DNA of 64,000 nt from Bispira polyomma (Eukaryota). Below the pieces are notes generated by a model that ran no database searches, had not been told where the DNA came from, and was given only the letters and a program-made list of their open reading frames with translations. The stretch is taken from contig OZ287748.1 in assembly GCA_965649765.1 (NCBI GenBank), positions 58,032,001 through 58,096,000 of the forward strand. Reading direction: 5' to 3'. The translations under genes were made by a program, and so were the position numbers. Positions within the stretch are counted from its first letter, which is position 1. Each line of letters begins with the position of its first letter. This document shows, in pieces, positions 63,136 through 64,000 of the stretch.

Positions 63136-64000
63136 CTAAAATTAGACAACCAAAGACCCAATCAAACCAGGCATTTTGTGATGAACAAAATAAAAATTGT
63201 CAATTACCTAAGGCTATGTCTATAGATTACTACACCTTAATCAACAATCTAGCAAGTTCAGTTGTAAAAATGTTCGAGTCACTAGCAAAACCCCTTCCTT
63301 GAACAGTGTTATATTTTCTCCATAAAAAATATTTAGGAGCTCAAGCAATAAATGAGTATTGGTGTATGATAAAGGAGTGAAGTTGTTGCTTCAATTTCTA
63401 TGATGCCATCTTAAAAGTATTTTATTAATAAATGTATGAATTTATAAATAATTTTTTTCCATTGCCAATATACACTCATCCATATTGTATATTGTATCCA
63501 TATGTCGTTTTAAGCTTTATTGTAGAATGAAAGTCCATGAGGATAAAAACATCACTTGCTATTAAAGCATTTTAGTATGGGGTCCTATTTATGTAGATAT
63601 TAAGGGCAATTAGATTAGCGCAATTAGTGCAATTAGTGATGCATATCCTCAAAGAAAAAATATGGCTATCATTTACATATTGATGGAATTTTTGTTAATT
63701 ACATGCTGTCACTTTTTGATGACAGACAACCTATATAAGAAACCATTTGTATATTTCTTTGACAGAGAGAAAGGAAACTGATTGGAATATCAAGGACTAT
63801 TGGAATGAGAACAACATTTGTTGGTGTATTGACCAAAAATACGATCGGATGTGACGTACAGAGGTGAAGACATATAATATAATGATTGAAGTATTTATAG
63901 AGTGCCAATTGATGAGAACATCCTCTGAGGCAGTGATATAAAAAGGGGAGGGTCCAGGGACAAGCAAAATGAGATCGTTACCAAAGTATCCAACAGAAAA

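Noticed and set aside
63699-63908. Further exon of the right-hand protease
   Set aside because: No SRCR or LDLa similarity and no convincing splice sites in phase

Overview
AT-rich eukaryotic genomic DNA from an invertebrate. The SINE and HINE types suggest a lophotrochozoan or mollusc, but that is inference. Host genes: (1) two exons of a minus-strand LDLa/Thr-rich stem gene running off the left edge; (2) a complete 16-exon plus-strand type II transmembrane serine protease (TM - 6x LDLa - SRCR - trypsin-fold domain, about 739 aa, 13860-33319); (3) a galactose-3-O-sulfotransferase-family gene with a single coding exon (44041-45504, minus); (4) the 3' six exons of a paralogous SRCR-protease on the minus strand (56077-63135), ending in an acidic stalk and a GPI-like tail. 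The rest is dense mobile DNA: two PIF/Harbinger elements with TTA TSDs, several MITEs (Harbinger, pogo-like, IS3EU-like), a near full-length tyrosine-recombinase (DIRS/Ngaro-type) retrotransposon, Tx1 and L2 LINE fragments, tRNA-SINEs, a Helentron-type HINE carrying a 147-bp satellite, and minisatellites. Highlights: the protease paralogs differ in tethering (paired loss of the Cys1-Cys122 tether in one, GPI-like tail in the other) and in S1 pocket; two introns are built from tandem copies of their own exon boundaries, including decoy copies of the catalytic-serine exon; and the DIRS element has a canonical-looking -1 frameshift signal plus a splice-acceptor/readthrough junction. All gene models were assembled by eye from GT-AG sites and phase, with no expression data.
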